Positions 19,101-28,537 are shown, counted from the first letter of the stretch. The stretch is 64,000 nt of DNA from Candidatus Woesearchaeota archaeon (GCA_964413095.1 CAYPRJ010000001.1:6975-70974); one strand, 5' to 3'. Program-made: numbers and translations. Notes: generated by a model from the letters alone, not told the origin.

Positions 19101-20166
19101 TTTTTATACTTATAAACATCAGAATATTATGATTCCTGAAACTTTAAATCCTCGGTTAGCACAAATTTGTGGCTATTTTATTGGTGATGGAAATTTTGAG
19201 GCAAGAGGTTTAAGATTTAGAGATGAAAGGGAGGGGGTTTTACAATTTTACAATAAACTCTTTTCAGAAACATTTAGGATTCAGGGAAAGATTTCTAAAA
19301 TGAAAAATAAAAATTGTTTTACTTTAAATATTAATTCAAAAGAAATTGCTGATTTTTTTAGACTTATTCTTCCGGATATTTTTGATTATGTTGCTAAATC
19401 CAAGAAAGATGTGGTAGCAGGTTTTATCAAGGGCTTTATTGATGCAGAAGGGCATGTCAATAAAAAAAGACCAAAAATAACAATTGCTCAAAAAGAAAAA
19501 CTAATTTTAAGATATTTGCAATTATTTTTGCTGAGATTTGGAATCAGAAGTTTTTTGAGATTTGATGGTGGTAAGAAAAAAATTTCAAATCTTTCAATAA
19601 GAGATCGGAGCGTTAAGGATTATTTGCAGATTGGTTTTAGTGCTGAAAGTAAACAGAAGCAATTATTAAAATGGATAAAGCATGTTAATAAGACATATCA
19701 AAAAGAAATGATGCCTATTCAAAGAAACGAGATTTTAGAACTTCTTAAAAGTGTTGGGTTAAAACCCTCTTTAATCATTAAGTCTAGACCCTCTTCTTAT
19801 AAATGGATAAATGGGGAGGAGTTAAAAAAAGCACATAATGCTCTCATGAATAGTAGAGTAAATGATAGACAAATAAAACAGAAAATTGAATTTATATTTA
19901 AACTATTAAATTCAGATATAAGATTTGAAAAAATTAGAAAGATATCAGTTTCTGAAAATAAAGGAAAAGAATTATTTTATGATTTTTCTGTTCCTAAAAA
20001 GGAGAATTATATGGCTAATGGTTTTATTGTTCATAACTCCACATACAGAATGTATTTAAGAAGAGGAAAAAAAGATTCACGAGTTGCAAAGTTAATTGAC
20101 TCTCCGAATTTGCCAGATAATGAAACAGTTTTTTATCTTACAGAGTCTGGTGTTAGAGATGAATAA
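16159..20166 (+). CDS. radA: DNA repair and recombination protein RadA containing two inteins
   Basis: The N-terminal HhH domain, Walker A GAYGSGK|..|TQLGLTLAV, Walker B LLIVDSL and C-terminal GGNIVGHA|..|STYRMYLRRGKK...LIDSPNLPD are contiguous RadA sequence once two intein blocks are removed. Confidence 0.9.
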   Translation: MATKKDVEEIKNAVSGEEKEEKEPQLTDLPGIGPAVATKLESAGIYDLMSLAVMGPAELGNIAGVSAGVARKAIQAARSMLKLGFTDGFEYAQRRANVNYITTGSKNIDNLLGGKGVESRAVTEAFGAYGSGKCVSKDTAVSYFNDTRMHVEQIQETYNKYNKNNEFKFEEGFAVPVSSVKVLAWNKGKLKVARASHLYKEKVKQLFLVKTKRGRVLKVTGKHRILSFDNGVKWKKTSDLKKGDLIASPRKLDLVTENIYDEDDAYFLGLFVAEGTSNPFSISTGSEKIKNWVCNYIKNKFRYVPLVRYNQRGEKPVYTILSKNKTRGIMAGLDKCNSSNKFIPEAIFLSDENVVSSFLGGYLDGDGEVSKTDVSATTKSSKLATQLSYLFLRLGISVSIKERKNEKYGNYKVVRVSGEDRKRLKNVSFKIKRFSPDIRNSAYGYPRKIISFLHQLYKECLGGNRGRLRKEVGKRSLDRTVYSNLINQYQGKVVNTKTFRRIEDVFEKQKDRFVHILKKLEDEEFSQEILNEIYPSLPFAFSSLAEDMGLKKKSIRNYYHRNIPNSKKEILKNLIFNELKTRVDMIYLALEIISEIKMFNWDVVESVEVIDYDDYVYDFVVPEGHSFIGGNLPTMMHNTQLGLTLAVNVQLPVEKGGANGKCVFIDTEGTFRPARIKQIAEILGANQEKVLKNILVARAFNSDHQILLLEKISEMVKQGEPIKLLIVDSLTAHFRAEFSGRGQLADRQQKLNKYLHNLMRLAEQHNLAVYVTNQVMANPAQMFGDPTTAIGGNIVGHACLTGDSLIQLADGSIREIKNISKNNVISGNLNKLSFEQAGSEKTFINPDIKKIYNIKTTNQIKCSPLHRFFSIENFSIIEKEAKDLREGDFIAHAGRIEIGGEEQELPTLNLRRIGKISKDEGKLISEELGKGNISRNEICKKVGITSRQFRRVLNQSYPTNIKVFDALKKHFANNLQLQVVPFYTYKHQNIMIPETLNPRLAQICGYFIGDGNFEARGLRFRDEREGVLQFYNKLFSETFRIQGKISKMKNKNCFTLNINSKEIADFFRLILPDIFDYVAKSKKDVVAGFIKGFIDAEGHVNKKRPKITIAQKEKLILRYLQLFLLRFGIRSFLRFDGGKKKISNLSIRDRSVKDYLQIGFSAESKQKQLLKWIKHVNKTYQKEMMPIQRNEILELLKSVGLKPSLIIKSRPSSYKWINGEELKKAHNALMNSRVNDRQIKQKIEFIFKLLNSDIRFEKIRKISVSENKGKELFYDFSVPKKENYMANGFIVHNSTYRMYLRRGKKDSRVAKLIDSPNLPDNETVFYLTESGVRDE
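16558..18072 (+). mobile_element. RadA intein 1 (505 aa) inserted in the P-loop, with LAGLIDADG homing endonuclease domain
   Basis: Starts with Cys right after GSGK, ends ...MMHN before TQL. LAGLIDADG blocks are LGLFVAEGTS and LGGYLDGDGEV. Confidence 0.85.
18553..20037 (+). mobile_element. RadA intein 2 (495 aa) with LAGLIDADG domain
   Basis: Starts CLTGDSLIQLADG, ends GFIVHN|S. LAGLIDADG blocks are ICGYFIGDGNFE and VAGFIKGFIDAEGHV. Confidence 0.85.
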
Positions 20167-20499
20167 TTAGTAAGTTTTTAATTAATTAAACTGGTGAGAA
20201 ATGTTATTAATAAATTTATCTTGTGTAAGTATCTAATAGGATAGTAGAATAATTAAATCTGCCATAAATCAATAATGCAGTTATTGTAAGAGGATAACCT
20301 AATGAGATTAATGTTGGTAAAATTATAAGATCTTTTATTATACCCTCTATAACTAATTTTTTATCTTTTTCATCAGGCCTGTTTTTTATCAGTGTTCCCC
20401 GCGAGGAATCAAACCCGAGTTTGCCGATCACAAGGGTATATTTTTTATTCGTTAAACTAAGGGATTTGCAATTTTTTTTGAGTTTTTGAAACGTAAAAA

Positions 20500-20958
20500 C
20501 TATTCAACTAATTCTTGTTTGTTAAACCAAAGTGTGATTTCTCTTTCTGCACTCTCGACGCTGTTAGAAGCATGAATTACTGTTTCATGGCAATTTGTTA
20601 TGCTGTGAATTCTTCCGTATTTTCCTCTAAGGGAATTTGGAGTTGCTTTGTCAGGATTTGTTTCTCCAACAAGGTTTCTTATTTTTTGAATTGCGTTTTC
20701 TCCTTTATATATAATTGCAATGACATTTTCATTTCCATGTAATTCTCCTGTAATGTGTTTTATTAATTCTTCAAAAAAAGGCTTGTTTTTGTGTTCACTG
20801 TAATGTTGTTCTGCAAGTTCTTTTTGAACATTCACAAGTTTTAAGCCAATCATTTTTAATCCAAGATTATCAATATCATAAATAATATTTCCTGCAAGTT
20901 TTTTTGCCATGGCATCTGGCTTTATTAGGACGAGAGTTCTTTCTTTATTCTTTTCCAT
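20500..20958 (-). CDS. ndk: nucleoside diphosphate kinase
   Basis: ERTLVLIKPDA...NVIHASNSVESAEREI are canonical NDK motifs. 152 aa. Confidence 0.9.
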   Translation of the reverse strand: MEKNKERTLVLIKPDAMAKKLAGNIIYDIDNLGLKMIGLKLVNVQKELAEQHYSEHKNKPFFEELIKHITGELHGNENVIAIIYKGENAIQKIRNLVGETNPDKATPNSLRGKYGRIHSITNCHETVIHASNSVESAEREITLWFNKQELVE

Positions 20959-21057
20959 TGGATTATTTTAGAAAATTAATTTATAAATTTTTGTAATTAA
21001 AAAAAAACATTTATAAAGGATAGTTTTTTATATTAACTATAATTTAATATTAAAGAG

Positions 21058-22335
21058 GTGGAGATGGAGCAAAAAAAATATTCAAAAGAGCTTTTGATAG
21101 GGATTTTTATTTTTGGAATAGCATTAACAATTTTTTTAGGAAGTTTTGTAGTTGCAGATTTTTATAATAAAGTAACAACCACTTATGTTCAAAATGGAAC
21201 TAACATAACAGTTCTTGTTTTTAATATTTCTAACACAACTGCAGCAAATGGAACAGAAAGTCCAACTTTGTTACATAATATAACAATAAATAATACTGGA
21301 ACTAGTGCAGTGGGAAATAATATAACAAGGGTTACTATCACAAATGGTACTTGGATATTTTCTAATGCCTCGCTTAATGGAATTCCATATATTATAGCTA
21401 TAGATAAGAATATAACACATGAGATGAATTTAACAATAAATTTCACAATAAATTCAAGTATGCAAACAGATGGAGCAACAATCCAGGCAAATATTACAGC
21501 TTTGGAAAATAGCTCAGGAGCTCTTAATTATACTGCATTACCTTTCAATTCTTCTACAACCACAATTGATGGAGCAGGACCAACAGTTAGCGCATCGTGT
21601 AATGATGTGAATAAAGGAGATGCATTAGATTGTTCATGTTCAGCAAGTGATAATGTTGGAGGAGTTAATTCAACCTCAACTAAAACTGATTCAGATTCAG
21701 GAACAGGAACACAGGAGCATACTACATCTCTTGGGTTTACATTCACGTGTAAAGCGACAGATTGGTTTGGAAGAACAAATAGTACTACTGCAAAATATAT
21801 TGTAAGTGAAACCTCATCTAATAGAGATAGAGGAACAAGCGGAACTACGGGAACAACATGGTCAACCCACGCAATAACTCAAGAGCAATTTCAAAACGGA
21901 TATACTAGCCAAATTCAAGTAAACAAGAGAATAAGAGTCCAAGTTGAAGGAGAAGATCATCATGTTGGAGTTAAGGAGGTAAGTAGCGAGACAGTAAAAT
22001 TAGAAATTTCTTCTGAGCTTCAAGAAGCAAATCTTGCAATAGGAGATTCAAGAAGATTTGATGTTACAGGAGATGGTTATTATGATATTCTTGTGACATT
22101 AAATGATATTGTTGATGGCAAAGCAGATTTGACAATTAAGTCAATACACGAGGAAATAACAGAAGAAACAGAACAAGAGGAAGCTGAAAAAGAAACTACT
22201 TCTACAGGCGAAGGTGAAGAAGAGCCTATAAGTGAAGAAGAAGATTTAACTTGGTTGTGGATTGTTATTGGTGTAGTTGTTTTAGCTGCTGTAATTGGTG
22301 GTGGAGTTGCGGCTAAAAAAAGAAAGAGACAATAA
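21058..22335 (+). CDS. surface (S-layer-like) glycoprotein candidate with N-terminal signal/TM, dense N-glycosylation sequons and C-terminal TM anchor
   Basis: More than 25 N-x-S/T sequons in the first 200 aa. C-terminal hydrophobic helix followed by KKRKRQ. Confidence 0.45.
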   Translation: MEMEQKKYSKELLIGIFIFGIALTIFLGSFVVADFYNKVTTTYVQNGTNITVLVFNISNTTAANGTESPTLLHNITINNTGTSAVGNNITRVTITNGTWIFSNASLNGIPYIIAIDKNITHEMNLTINFTINSSMQTDGATIQANITALENSSGALNYTALPFNSSTTTIDGAGPTVSASCNDVNKGDALDCSCSASDNVGGVNSTSTKTDSDSGTGTQEHTTSLGFTFTCKATDWFGRTNSTTAKYIVSETSSNRDRGTSGTTGTTWSTHAITQEQFQNGYTSQIQVNKRIRVQVEGEDHHVGVKEVSSETVKLEISSELQEANLAIGDSRRFDVTGDGYYDILVTLNDIVDGKADLTIKSIHEEITEETEQEEAEKETTSTGEGEEEPISEEEDLTWLWIVIGVVVLAAVIGGGVAAKKRKRQ

Positions 22336-22366
22336 TCTTTTTATTTATGTTTATTTTTCTTTTTAG

Positions 22367-24700
22367 ATGGATAATTTAACAAATAAAGATGTAATCTTTT
22401 CTGACTTTCATATACATTCACGATTTTCTAGAGCTTGTAGCAAAAATATTACTTTTGAGAATTTAACTAAGTGGGCGAAAATTAAAGGGCTTAACTTATT
22501 AGGTACTGGAGATTTTACTCATCCAATTTGGTTTAAAGAGATTAAGGATAAATTAATTGATAATGGAAATGGTTTTTACCTTGATTCTGCAACAGGTTTT
22601 CCGTTTATTATTACAGGAGAAATTTCTTTGATGTATTCTCAAGGAGGAAAAGGAAGAAGAGTTCATCTTGTATTGCTTGTTCCTTCAATTGAAATTGCTG
22701 AGAAGATAAATTCTTATTTTGATAAAAGAGGAAGAAGAGATTATGATGGCAGGCCTATTTTTAAAATTTCATGTGAAGATTTTGTTAAAGATATGATGGC
22801 TATCTCTGAAAGCATTGAAATAATCCCTGCTCACATTTGGACTCCCTGGTTTGGTATTTTCGGAAGCCAAACAGGATTTGATAGTTTAAAAGAAGCTTTT
22901 GGAGAACAAGTTGAAAATATTCATGCAATTGAAACCGGGATCTCATGTTATGATTCTAAAACAGAGATTTTAACAGAGAAAGGTTGGAAATTTTTTAAAG
23001 ATGTAAATAAATCTGATAATATTTGTACACTTGATCCAGAAAATTATAATATTGAATTTCAAAAGCCTCTTAATATTTTTAAAAGAAAATATAAAGGTAA
23101 AATGTATAAATTAGAAACTAAGAGAGTAAATCTTTTAGTTACCCCTAATCATAAGCTGTTTTATAGCCACTGTGATTTTAGAAAGAAACCAAATTTTTCT
23201 CTGAAAAAGGCAGAGTTATTATTCAATAAATCAAAAAGGTTTAAGAAGGATGGGAACTGGAGAGGGAAAAATCAAAAATATTTTGTTTTACCAAAAGTGA
23301 GAATTAAGCATGGAAGCAAATATTACTCAGGTGAGAGAAACAAAGAGATTAAGAAATTTCCAATTAAAGAGTGGTTGAGATTTTTTGGTTTTTGGATTGC
23401 CGAAGGATGTACACATCAGGGAAAGAATGGAGATTATGGGGTTTATATTTTTAATGATAAAAAAGATGTTCTTTTGGAAATGAAAAAGATTTTAGAGGGT
23501 TTTGGATACAGACCTTATCTTGATAAAAATATTCTTAGAGTAAGAGATTTTCAATTATTTAAATATCTAGATCAGTTTGGAAAATCTGGAGATAAATATA
23601 TCCCTTTAGAGATTAAATCTCTTTCTAAGGAATTGCTTCAACTTTTTTTTGATTATTATATTAAGGGAGATGGCCATAGATATGGAAGAAATAACAAAGG
23701 TCTTTCTGCAACAACTATCTCTAAAAAATTAAGAGATGATTTACAAGAAGTAGCTTTAAAATTAGGAATGTCTGCATATTATAAATTACATAATAAAAAA
23801 GGAACATCCATAAACTCTCTTCCAGTAGCAAAATCAAAAGGTTATAAACAATCTAAAGATTCTTGGAATGTTTATTTTATTAAAGAAAATCTTCATACAG
23901 TTATTCCCTCTACTATTAAAAAATGGAATTATAAAGAGAAATGGATTCAGTATAATGATTATGTTTATTGTGTTCAAGTTCCAAATCATGTGATTTATAT
24001 TAGAAGAAACGGCATTCCTGTTTGGTGTGGTAATTCAGACCCTGAAATGAATTGGAAAATTAAAGAGCTGACAGAGAATAATATTTCAATTGTTAGTTTT
24101 TCAGATGCTCACTCTCACTGGCCATTTAGATTAGGAAGAGAAACAACTATTTTCAAAAAAACAAATTCATATAAAGAAATTATAAGACAAATTAGAGAAA
24201 ATGATTTTATTGGAACAATTGAAACAGAGCCTGCCTATGGAAAATACCATTGGGATGGACACAGAAATTGTAATTTTTCTTGTTCTCCGAATGAAGCAAA
24301 AGAGCTTAATTATATTTGCCCTATTTGTGGAAATCCTTTGACAAGAGGAGTAGAAAACAGAGTTGAATTCTTAGCAGGAAATCCAGAGAATTTTAAACCA
24401 AAAAGTGCAAAATTTTTTTACAAACTTCTTCCTTTACATGAGCTAATTGTTTTAGTTTATGGAGGAAGTTTACAAAGCAAAAAAAACTGGGAAATTTATG
24501 ATTCTTTGATAAAAGAATTTGGAAATGAGTTCAATGTTTTGCTGAATGTTTCTAAAGAAAAATTATTAAGAATTAATTTAAATGATAAATTAGTTGAGAT
24601 GATTTTGAAAAACAGAGAGGGTAAGATTAAAGTCAAGCCAGGTTATGATGGTGTTTATGGAGAGGCATTGTTAGAAGAGAAACAATCAAAATTATTTTAA
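22367..24700 (+). CDS. endonuclease Q (EndoQ, PHP-fold) containing one intein
   Basis: The N-terminus DFHIHSRFSRACSKNITFENLTKWAKIKGLNLLGTGDFTHP matches the EndoQ PHP domain. C-terminal Zn finger CPICGNP. Intein blocks in between. Confidence 0.6.
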   Translation: MDNLTNKDVIFSDFHIHSRFSRACSKNITFENLTKWAKIKGLNLLGTGDFTHPIWFKEIKDKLIDNGNGFYLDSATGFPFIITGEISLMYSQGGKGRRVHLVLLVPSIEIAEKINSYFDKRGRRDYDGRPIFKISCEDFVKDMMAISESIEIIPAHIWTPWFGIFGSQTGFDSLKEAFGEQVENIHAIETGISCYDSKTEILTEKGWKFFKDVNKSDNICTLDPENYNIEFQKPLNIFKRKYKGKMYKLETKRVNLLVTPNHKLFYSHCDFRKKPNFSLKKAELLFNKSKRFKKDGNWRGKNQKYFVLPKVRIKHGSKYYSGERNKEIKKFPIKEWLRFFGFWIAEGCTHQGKNGDYGVYIFNDKKDVLLEMKKILEGFGYRPYLDKNILRVRDFQLFKYLDQFGKSGDKYIPLEIKSLSKELLQLFFDYYIKGDGHRYGRNNKGLSATTISKKLRDDLQEVALKLGMSAYYKLHNKKGTSINSLPVAKSKGYKQSKDSWNVYFIKENLHTVIPSTIKKWNYKEKWIQYNDYVYCVQVPNHVIYIRRNGIPVWCGNSDPEMNWKIKELTENNISIVSFSDAHSHWPFRLGRETTIFKKTNSYKEIIRQIRENDFIGTIETEPAYGKYHWDGHRNCNFSCSPNEAKELNYICPICGNPLTRGVENRVEFLAGNPENFKPKSAKFFYKLLPLHELIVLVYGGSLQSKKNWEIYDSLIKEFGNEFNVLLNVSKEKLLRINLNDKLVEMILKNREGKIKVKPGYDGVYGEALLEEKQSKLF
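22946..24034 (+). mobile_element. EndoQ intein (~363 aa) with LAGLIDADG domain; C-terminal boundary uncertain by 3 residues
   Basis: Starts CYDSKTEILTEKGWKF (block A), LAGLIDADG block FFGFWIAEGC, block F/G YVYCVQVPNHVIYIRRNGIPVWCGN|S. The terminal motif is atypical, GN rather than HN. Confidence 0.6.
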
Positions 24701-25123
24701 GTTGAGAATGTATTCTTTAAGTTTTGGATGGAATGAAGTTGTAAAATAATTTTCAAGTTCTTCTGGGTTGACCCATTTAAGTTCTTCAAAATCTTCACCT
24801 ACTTTTTCCTCTCCTTTAATTATCTCACATAAAAAATAAATCGCTAATAAATCTCTTTTTTCTGGATAGGTTTTTGCAAATATTACACCAAGACTTTCTG
24901 CATCATAACCAGTTTCTTGTTTTACTTCTCTTTTAATTGATTCTTCTAATTCTTCTCCATGTTCTGGGCGGCCTCCAGGAAATGCCCACGTTAAATTTTC
25001 TATTTCTTCATCTTTTTTTCTTTTTCCAATAAGTATTTTTTTTGTTTCAGGATCAAAAATTATTCCAAGCACAATTGGAAAATATGCTTTTTCTAATGTC
25101 TTTTGATTTTCTTCTTCCATCAT
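24692..25123 (-). CDS. NUDIX hydrolase
   Basis: The Nudix box GGRPEHGEELEESIKREVKQETGY is present. Confidence 0.8.
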   Translation of the reverse strand: MMEEENQKTLEKAYFPIVLGIIFDPETKKILIGKRKKDEEIENLTWAFPGGRPEHGEELEESIKREVKQETGYDAESLGVIFAKTYPEKRDLLAIYFLCEIIKGEEKVGEDFEELKWVNPEELENYFTTSFHPKLKEYILNLK

Positions 25124-25180
25124 GTTCTTAGTTTCAAAAATGTCTATTTAAACCTTTTGTCCTACTTTTTTATAGTAAAT

Positions 25181-25897
25181 TTATTTTTCTTTTACATTCA
25201 GTGAAAGCCCTTTTTGTTTAGATGCTTTTTCAATTTTTGAGGTAGTTTCTTTGATTTTTTTATCTGCGTCTTTAGGGTTGTCTGATTCTGCTTTTATAGA
25301 GTATTTTCCTGCAGAAATATATTTTATTTCAACATCCTTTATGCTTCCTAAAATATTTTTTATTAATTCTAATCCATTTGGTTTTGTGGATGTTAAATAG
25401 ATTTCTCTTTTTATAGAAATTTTTTTTGGTTTTTGTGTTTTTAAAATGTCTAAAACTTTTTTTGCGTCTTCTTTATTGATTAATTTTTCTAATATTTTTG
25501 GATTCTCCTTAACTTCTTCAAAAAAATCAAAGATTTCTTTTTCCTTTTCTATTTTTTTTATTGTTTCTTCTACTTCTTTTCCTAACACACTTTTTAATAT
25601 ACTTATGTAACTTTTTTCTTTTTTCTCTCTTTCTAATGCTTCTTTTTTTTCTTTTTGAGTTACTCTTCGTAAGGATAATTCTATATTTCCCCTGGGAGAA
25701 ATTCTTAAAACTTTGCAGACTATTCTTTTTTTTGGAACAACATAACTTCTTAGATTACGAATTCTTCCTGGAGCTATTTCATTTATCACAATACTTCCTT
25801 CAAGTTCTTTTCCTGCTAAATGCACTTTTACAAAAACCATAGTTCCAACTATTTTTTCAACAGTGCATATAACTATGTCTCCAGATTCTATTTCCAT
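25181..25897 (-). CDS. eif2a: translation initiation factor aIF-2 alpha subunit
   Basis: The N-terminal S1 domain has the eIF2alpha pattern (GDIVICTV...RISPRGNIELSLRRV) and the C-terminal domain has ISAGKYSIKAE (compare YLGAPRYRI). Confidence 0.6.
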   Translation of the reverse strand: MEIESGDIVICTVEKIVGTMVFVKVHLAGKELEGSIVINEIAPGRIRNLRSYVVPKKRIVCKVLRISPRGNIELSLRRVTQKEKKEALEREKKEKSYISILKSVLGKEVEETIKKIEKEKEIFDFFEEVKENPKILEKLINKEDAKKVLDILKTQKPKKISIKREIYLTSTKPNGLELIKNILGSIKDVEIKYISAGKYSIKAESDNPKDADKKIKETTSKIEKASKQKGLSLNVKEK

Positions 25898-25962
25898 AAT
25901 TTATGAAGAAAAATCGCAGTTTTAAAGGTTATGATATTTTTTTCTGGATAAAACTTGCATAA

Positions 25963-27303
25963 TTAAACTTTTACAAGTTCAATTTCTAAATTCTTTTTTA
26001 AGGTTTTTATAAATTCATCTTCTTTTTCTTTGTGAATCATGCATCCTGCAGCATTTTTGTGACCTCCAACTTCTCCTCCAATTTTCTTTACAATACTATT
26101 TAAGATTTCTCTTATGTTTCTTTCATCTTCTCCTACTTTTCTTGCTGAAACTTTTATTTTATCTTCATAATATGCCATGGTTGTTATAATTGTTCCTTCT
26201 GTGTATATTGAAGAATTTGAGAGAATACTTGCTATTGTTCCTATTATTGTGTCTTTTATGTTGTCTTTTGCATTTATTATAATAAATCTATCTCCTGTTA
26301 TTTTCTCTGTTTCTGAGACAAATTTTAATGCAGATATTATTAATTGTTTGTATTTTACATGAATATGCTCTGCTTCTTTTTTTGCTTTTGAAATTTCCAT
26401 GCAGAACTGGAGTGCTAAATCACTTCTTCCTAGTTTTGAACAAGCATTTATTATTGCGCTAAGTTCTCTTGCATCTTCTAATTTATTGAAGATTTTTATT
26501 AAAAAAATATCTCCTATTATTGAATTGTTTTTTGCTTTTGGATTTCTTAGCATTATTGCAGTTACTAATTTTGACATGTCCTCTTTATTGAGTTCTATTA
26601 AACTTTTGCATTTTCCATTAGAACTACTTCCGTTCAGTCCAGCTTCTCTTAGTAGTTCAGTTACTCCTTCTGCATTTCCTGTAACTCCGGGGATATAGGG
26701 TGCAGAGCAATATTCTAAAACTCTGTTCAAAGGTCTGGTTGAAGGATAGATAAGAAGCCCTCTTTTTCTTTGTAAATCTCCGTCATTTAAAATTTCATTA
26801 TTTAATTTTTCAATATTTTTTTCTAAAGAATCCCCTATCATTCCTAAAACTGCAAGTTTGGCAAATTTTCTGTTTTCTTGATTTATCTCTTTACAGAATA
26901 AATAGGTTAATCCAGAACTGCTTATTTTTTCTTTTCCATTAATCATAGGATTTACCATTCTTACATTTTTTGGTATTTCTCTGATTACTTCATGGTGGTC
27001 TATTATAAAAACATTCTCTAAATTTGTCTTTTCAATTTCATCTAAGCTTCCTGATGCTAAATCTAAAAAGAGAGTTAGTTTATCTTTAGAAAGATTTTCA
27101 ATAAAGTTTCCTTCAATTCTTTTGACAATTTTTAAAGAGAATGGTTTATCTAATTTCTTTAATGTTTGAATCATGATGGCAGCAGAAGTAATTCCATCTG
27201 TATCAAAATGACTTATTATTTGAATCTCTTTATTCTTTGATTTTTCTAAAAATTCTTTTGTTATATTCTTGATTCTAAATTCTAAATTTTCCTCTTTTTC
27301 CAT
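25963..27303 (-). CDS. DHH-family phosphoesterase, archaeal RecJ/GAN (Cdc45-like) homolog
   Basis: DHH motif SHFDTDGITSAAI near the N-terminus and DHHA1 motif GGGHKNAAG near the C-terminus. Confidence 0.65.
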   Translation of the reverse strand: MEKEENLEFRIKNITKEFLEKSKNKEIQIISHFDTDGITSAAIMIQTLKKLDKPFSLKIVKRIEGNFIENLSKDKLTLFLDLASGSLDEIEKTNLENVFIIDHHEVIREIPKNVRMVNPMINGKEKISSSGLTYLFCKEINQENRKFAKLAVLGMIGDSLEKNIEKLNNEILNDGDLQRKRGLLIYPSTRPLNRVLEYCSAPYIPGVTGNAEGVTELLREAGLNGSSSNGKCKSLIELNKEDMSKLVTAIMLRNPKAKNNSIIGDIFLIKIFNKLEDARELSAIINACSKLGRSDLALQFCMEISKAKKEAEHIHVKYKQLIISALKFVSETEKITGDRFIIINAKDNIKDTIIGTIASILSNSSIYTEGTIITTMAYYEDKIKVSARKVGEDERNIREILNSIVKKIGGEVGGHKNAAGCMIHKEKEDEFIKTLKKNLEIELVKV

Positions 27304-27319
27304 TTTTAAAAGAAATTAA

Positions 27320-27661
27320 TTATTTTTTAAAATATTTTTTGAGTCTTCTTAGTTTTGCAAAAATTCTGTCTTTTTCTCTTATAGATCTTTTATCTTGTTT
27401 GTTGCTTTTACAATGTTCTTGAATTTTTTCTAATTTGTTTTCAAGATTTTTTATATCTGGATTAACATAATTTCCTTTTTCTTTTAAAATTCTTAATATT
27501 TTTTTATTATATTCTTTTATATGTATCCCTTCTTTTTTTAATGTTTCTCCGATTTTTTCAGCTGTCAATCCTTTATTAGCTAATTCAACTATTTTTTTCT
27601 CTAGTTCTTTTTCTGTTGGTTTTTGTTTTTTTACTTTTTTTGTTGTTTTTTTCTGAACCAT
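27320..27661 (-). CDS. rps15: 30S ribosomal protein uS15 (S15P/S13e)
   Basis: LANKGLTAEKIGETLKKEGIH and the C-terminal KLRRLKKYF match archaeal S15. Confidence 0.75.
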   Translation of the reverse strand: MVQKKTTKKVKKQKPTEKELEKKIVELANKGLTAEKIGETLKKEGIHIKEYNKKILRILKEKGNYVNPDIKNLENKLEKIQEHCKSNKQDKRSIREKDRIFAKLRRLKKYFKK

Positions 27662-27745
27662 CTTTTAGAAAAATATTGTGGGCTTTTAAATTTTGCTATG
27701 TTTGATTAGTGAAAGATATTTAAATTATAATAGTTTTTCTTAGTT

Positions 27746-28537
27746 ATGGGGAAAAGCATAGGTATTATAAGTCTTAAAGGGGGTGTTGGAAAGACATCTA
27801 TTGTTGCTGGATTAGGCGCTTCTATTGCAAATTTTGATAAAAAAGTTTTGTTGGTTGATGGAAATCTTTCTGCTCCTAATTTGGGTTTTCATCTTAATGT
27901 TATAAATCCTAAGATTAGTTTACACCATGTTTTAACAAGAAAAGTTAATCCAAGTGATGCAATTTGTTCATTAAGAAATTTTGATATAATACCTGCTTCT
28001 GTTTTTGATAGTTCGAGAGTTAATAATTTTGCTTTGAAAAATAGAATTAAATTTCTTAAAAATAAATATGATGTTATTTTATTTGATTCTTCTCCTGCCC
28101 TGAATGAAGAAACTCTTGCAGTTATGCTTGCTTCTGATTCTTTGTTTGTTGTAACAACTCCAGATTATCCTTCTTTGAGTACTACAATAAAAGCAATTAA
28201 AGAAGCTAAGCAAAGAGGAACTTCAATACATGGTTTAATTTTAAATAAAGTTAATAATAAAAATTTTGATATTTCTCTTAATGAAATTGAAAAGATTGCA
28301 GAAGTTCCTGTTCTTGCAGTTTTGCCTTATGATATTAATTGTCTTAAAGCTCTGTCTGAATTGGTTCCTTTTGCAGATTATAAACCTAATTCAGAGGGGA
28401 GTAGAGAACTTAGAAAACTGGCAGCTGCTTTAATAGGAGAAAAAGGTAAAGAAAAGGGTTTTAAGAGAATTTTTAGATTTATTCCAAAAAAGCAGGACAT
28501 TAACAGAGAAGTTTTTTATGAGAGTTTTTTTAGTTAG
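27746..28537 (+). CDS. MinD/ParA-family P-loop ATPase
   Basis: Deviant Walker A ISLKGGVGKTS. 263 aa. Confidence 0.8.
   Translation: MGKSIGIISLKGGVGKTSIVAGLGASIANFDKKVLLVDGNLSAPNLGFHLNVINPKISLHHVLTRKVNPSDAICSLRNFDIIPASVFDSSRVNNFALKNRIKFLKNKYDVILFDSSPALNEETLAVMLASDSLFVVTTPDYPSLSTTIKAIKEAKQRGTSIHGLILNKVNNKNFDISLNEIEKIAEVPVLAVLPYDINCLKALSELVPFADYKPNSEGSRELRKLAAALIGEKGKEKGFKRIFRFIPKKQDINREVFYESFFS

Noticed and set aside
20395-20445. GC-rich segment gttccccgcgaggaatcaaacccgagtttgccgatcacaagg that looks like a tRNA fragment; overlapping ORF 20216-20431(-)
   Set aside because: I could not fold it into a T-arm plus acceptor on either strand (no TTCRANT loop with paired 5-bp stems). It is left unassigned. 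It may be a decayed tRNA half, but the evidence is insufficient, and the overlapping 71-aa ORF has no support.
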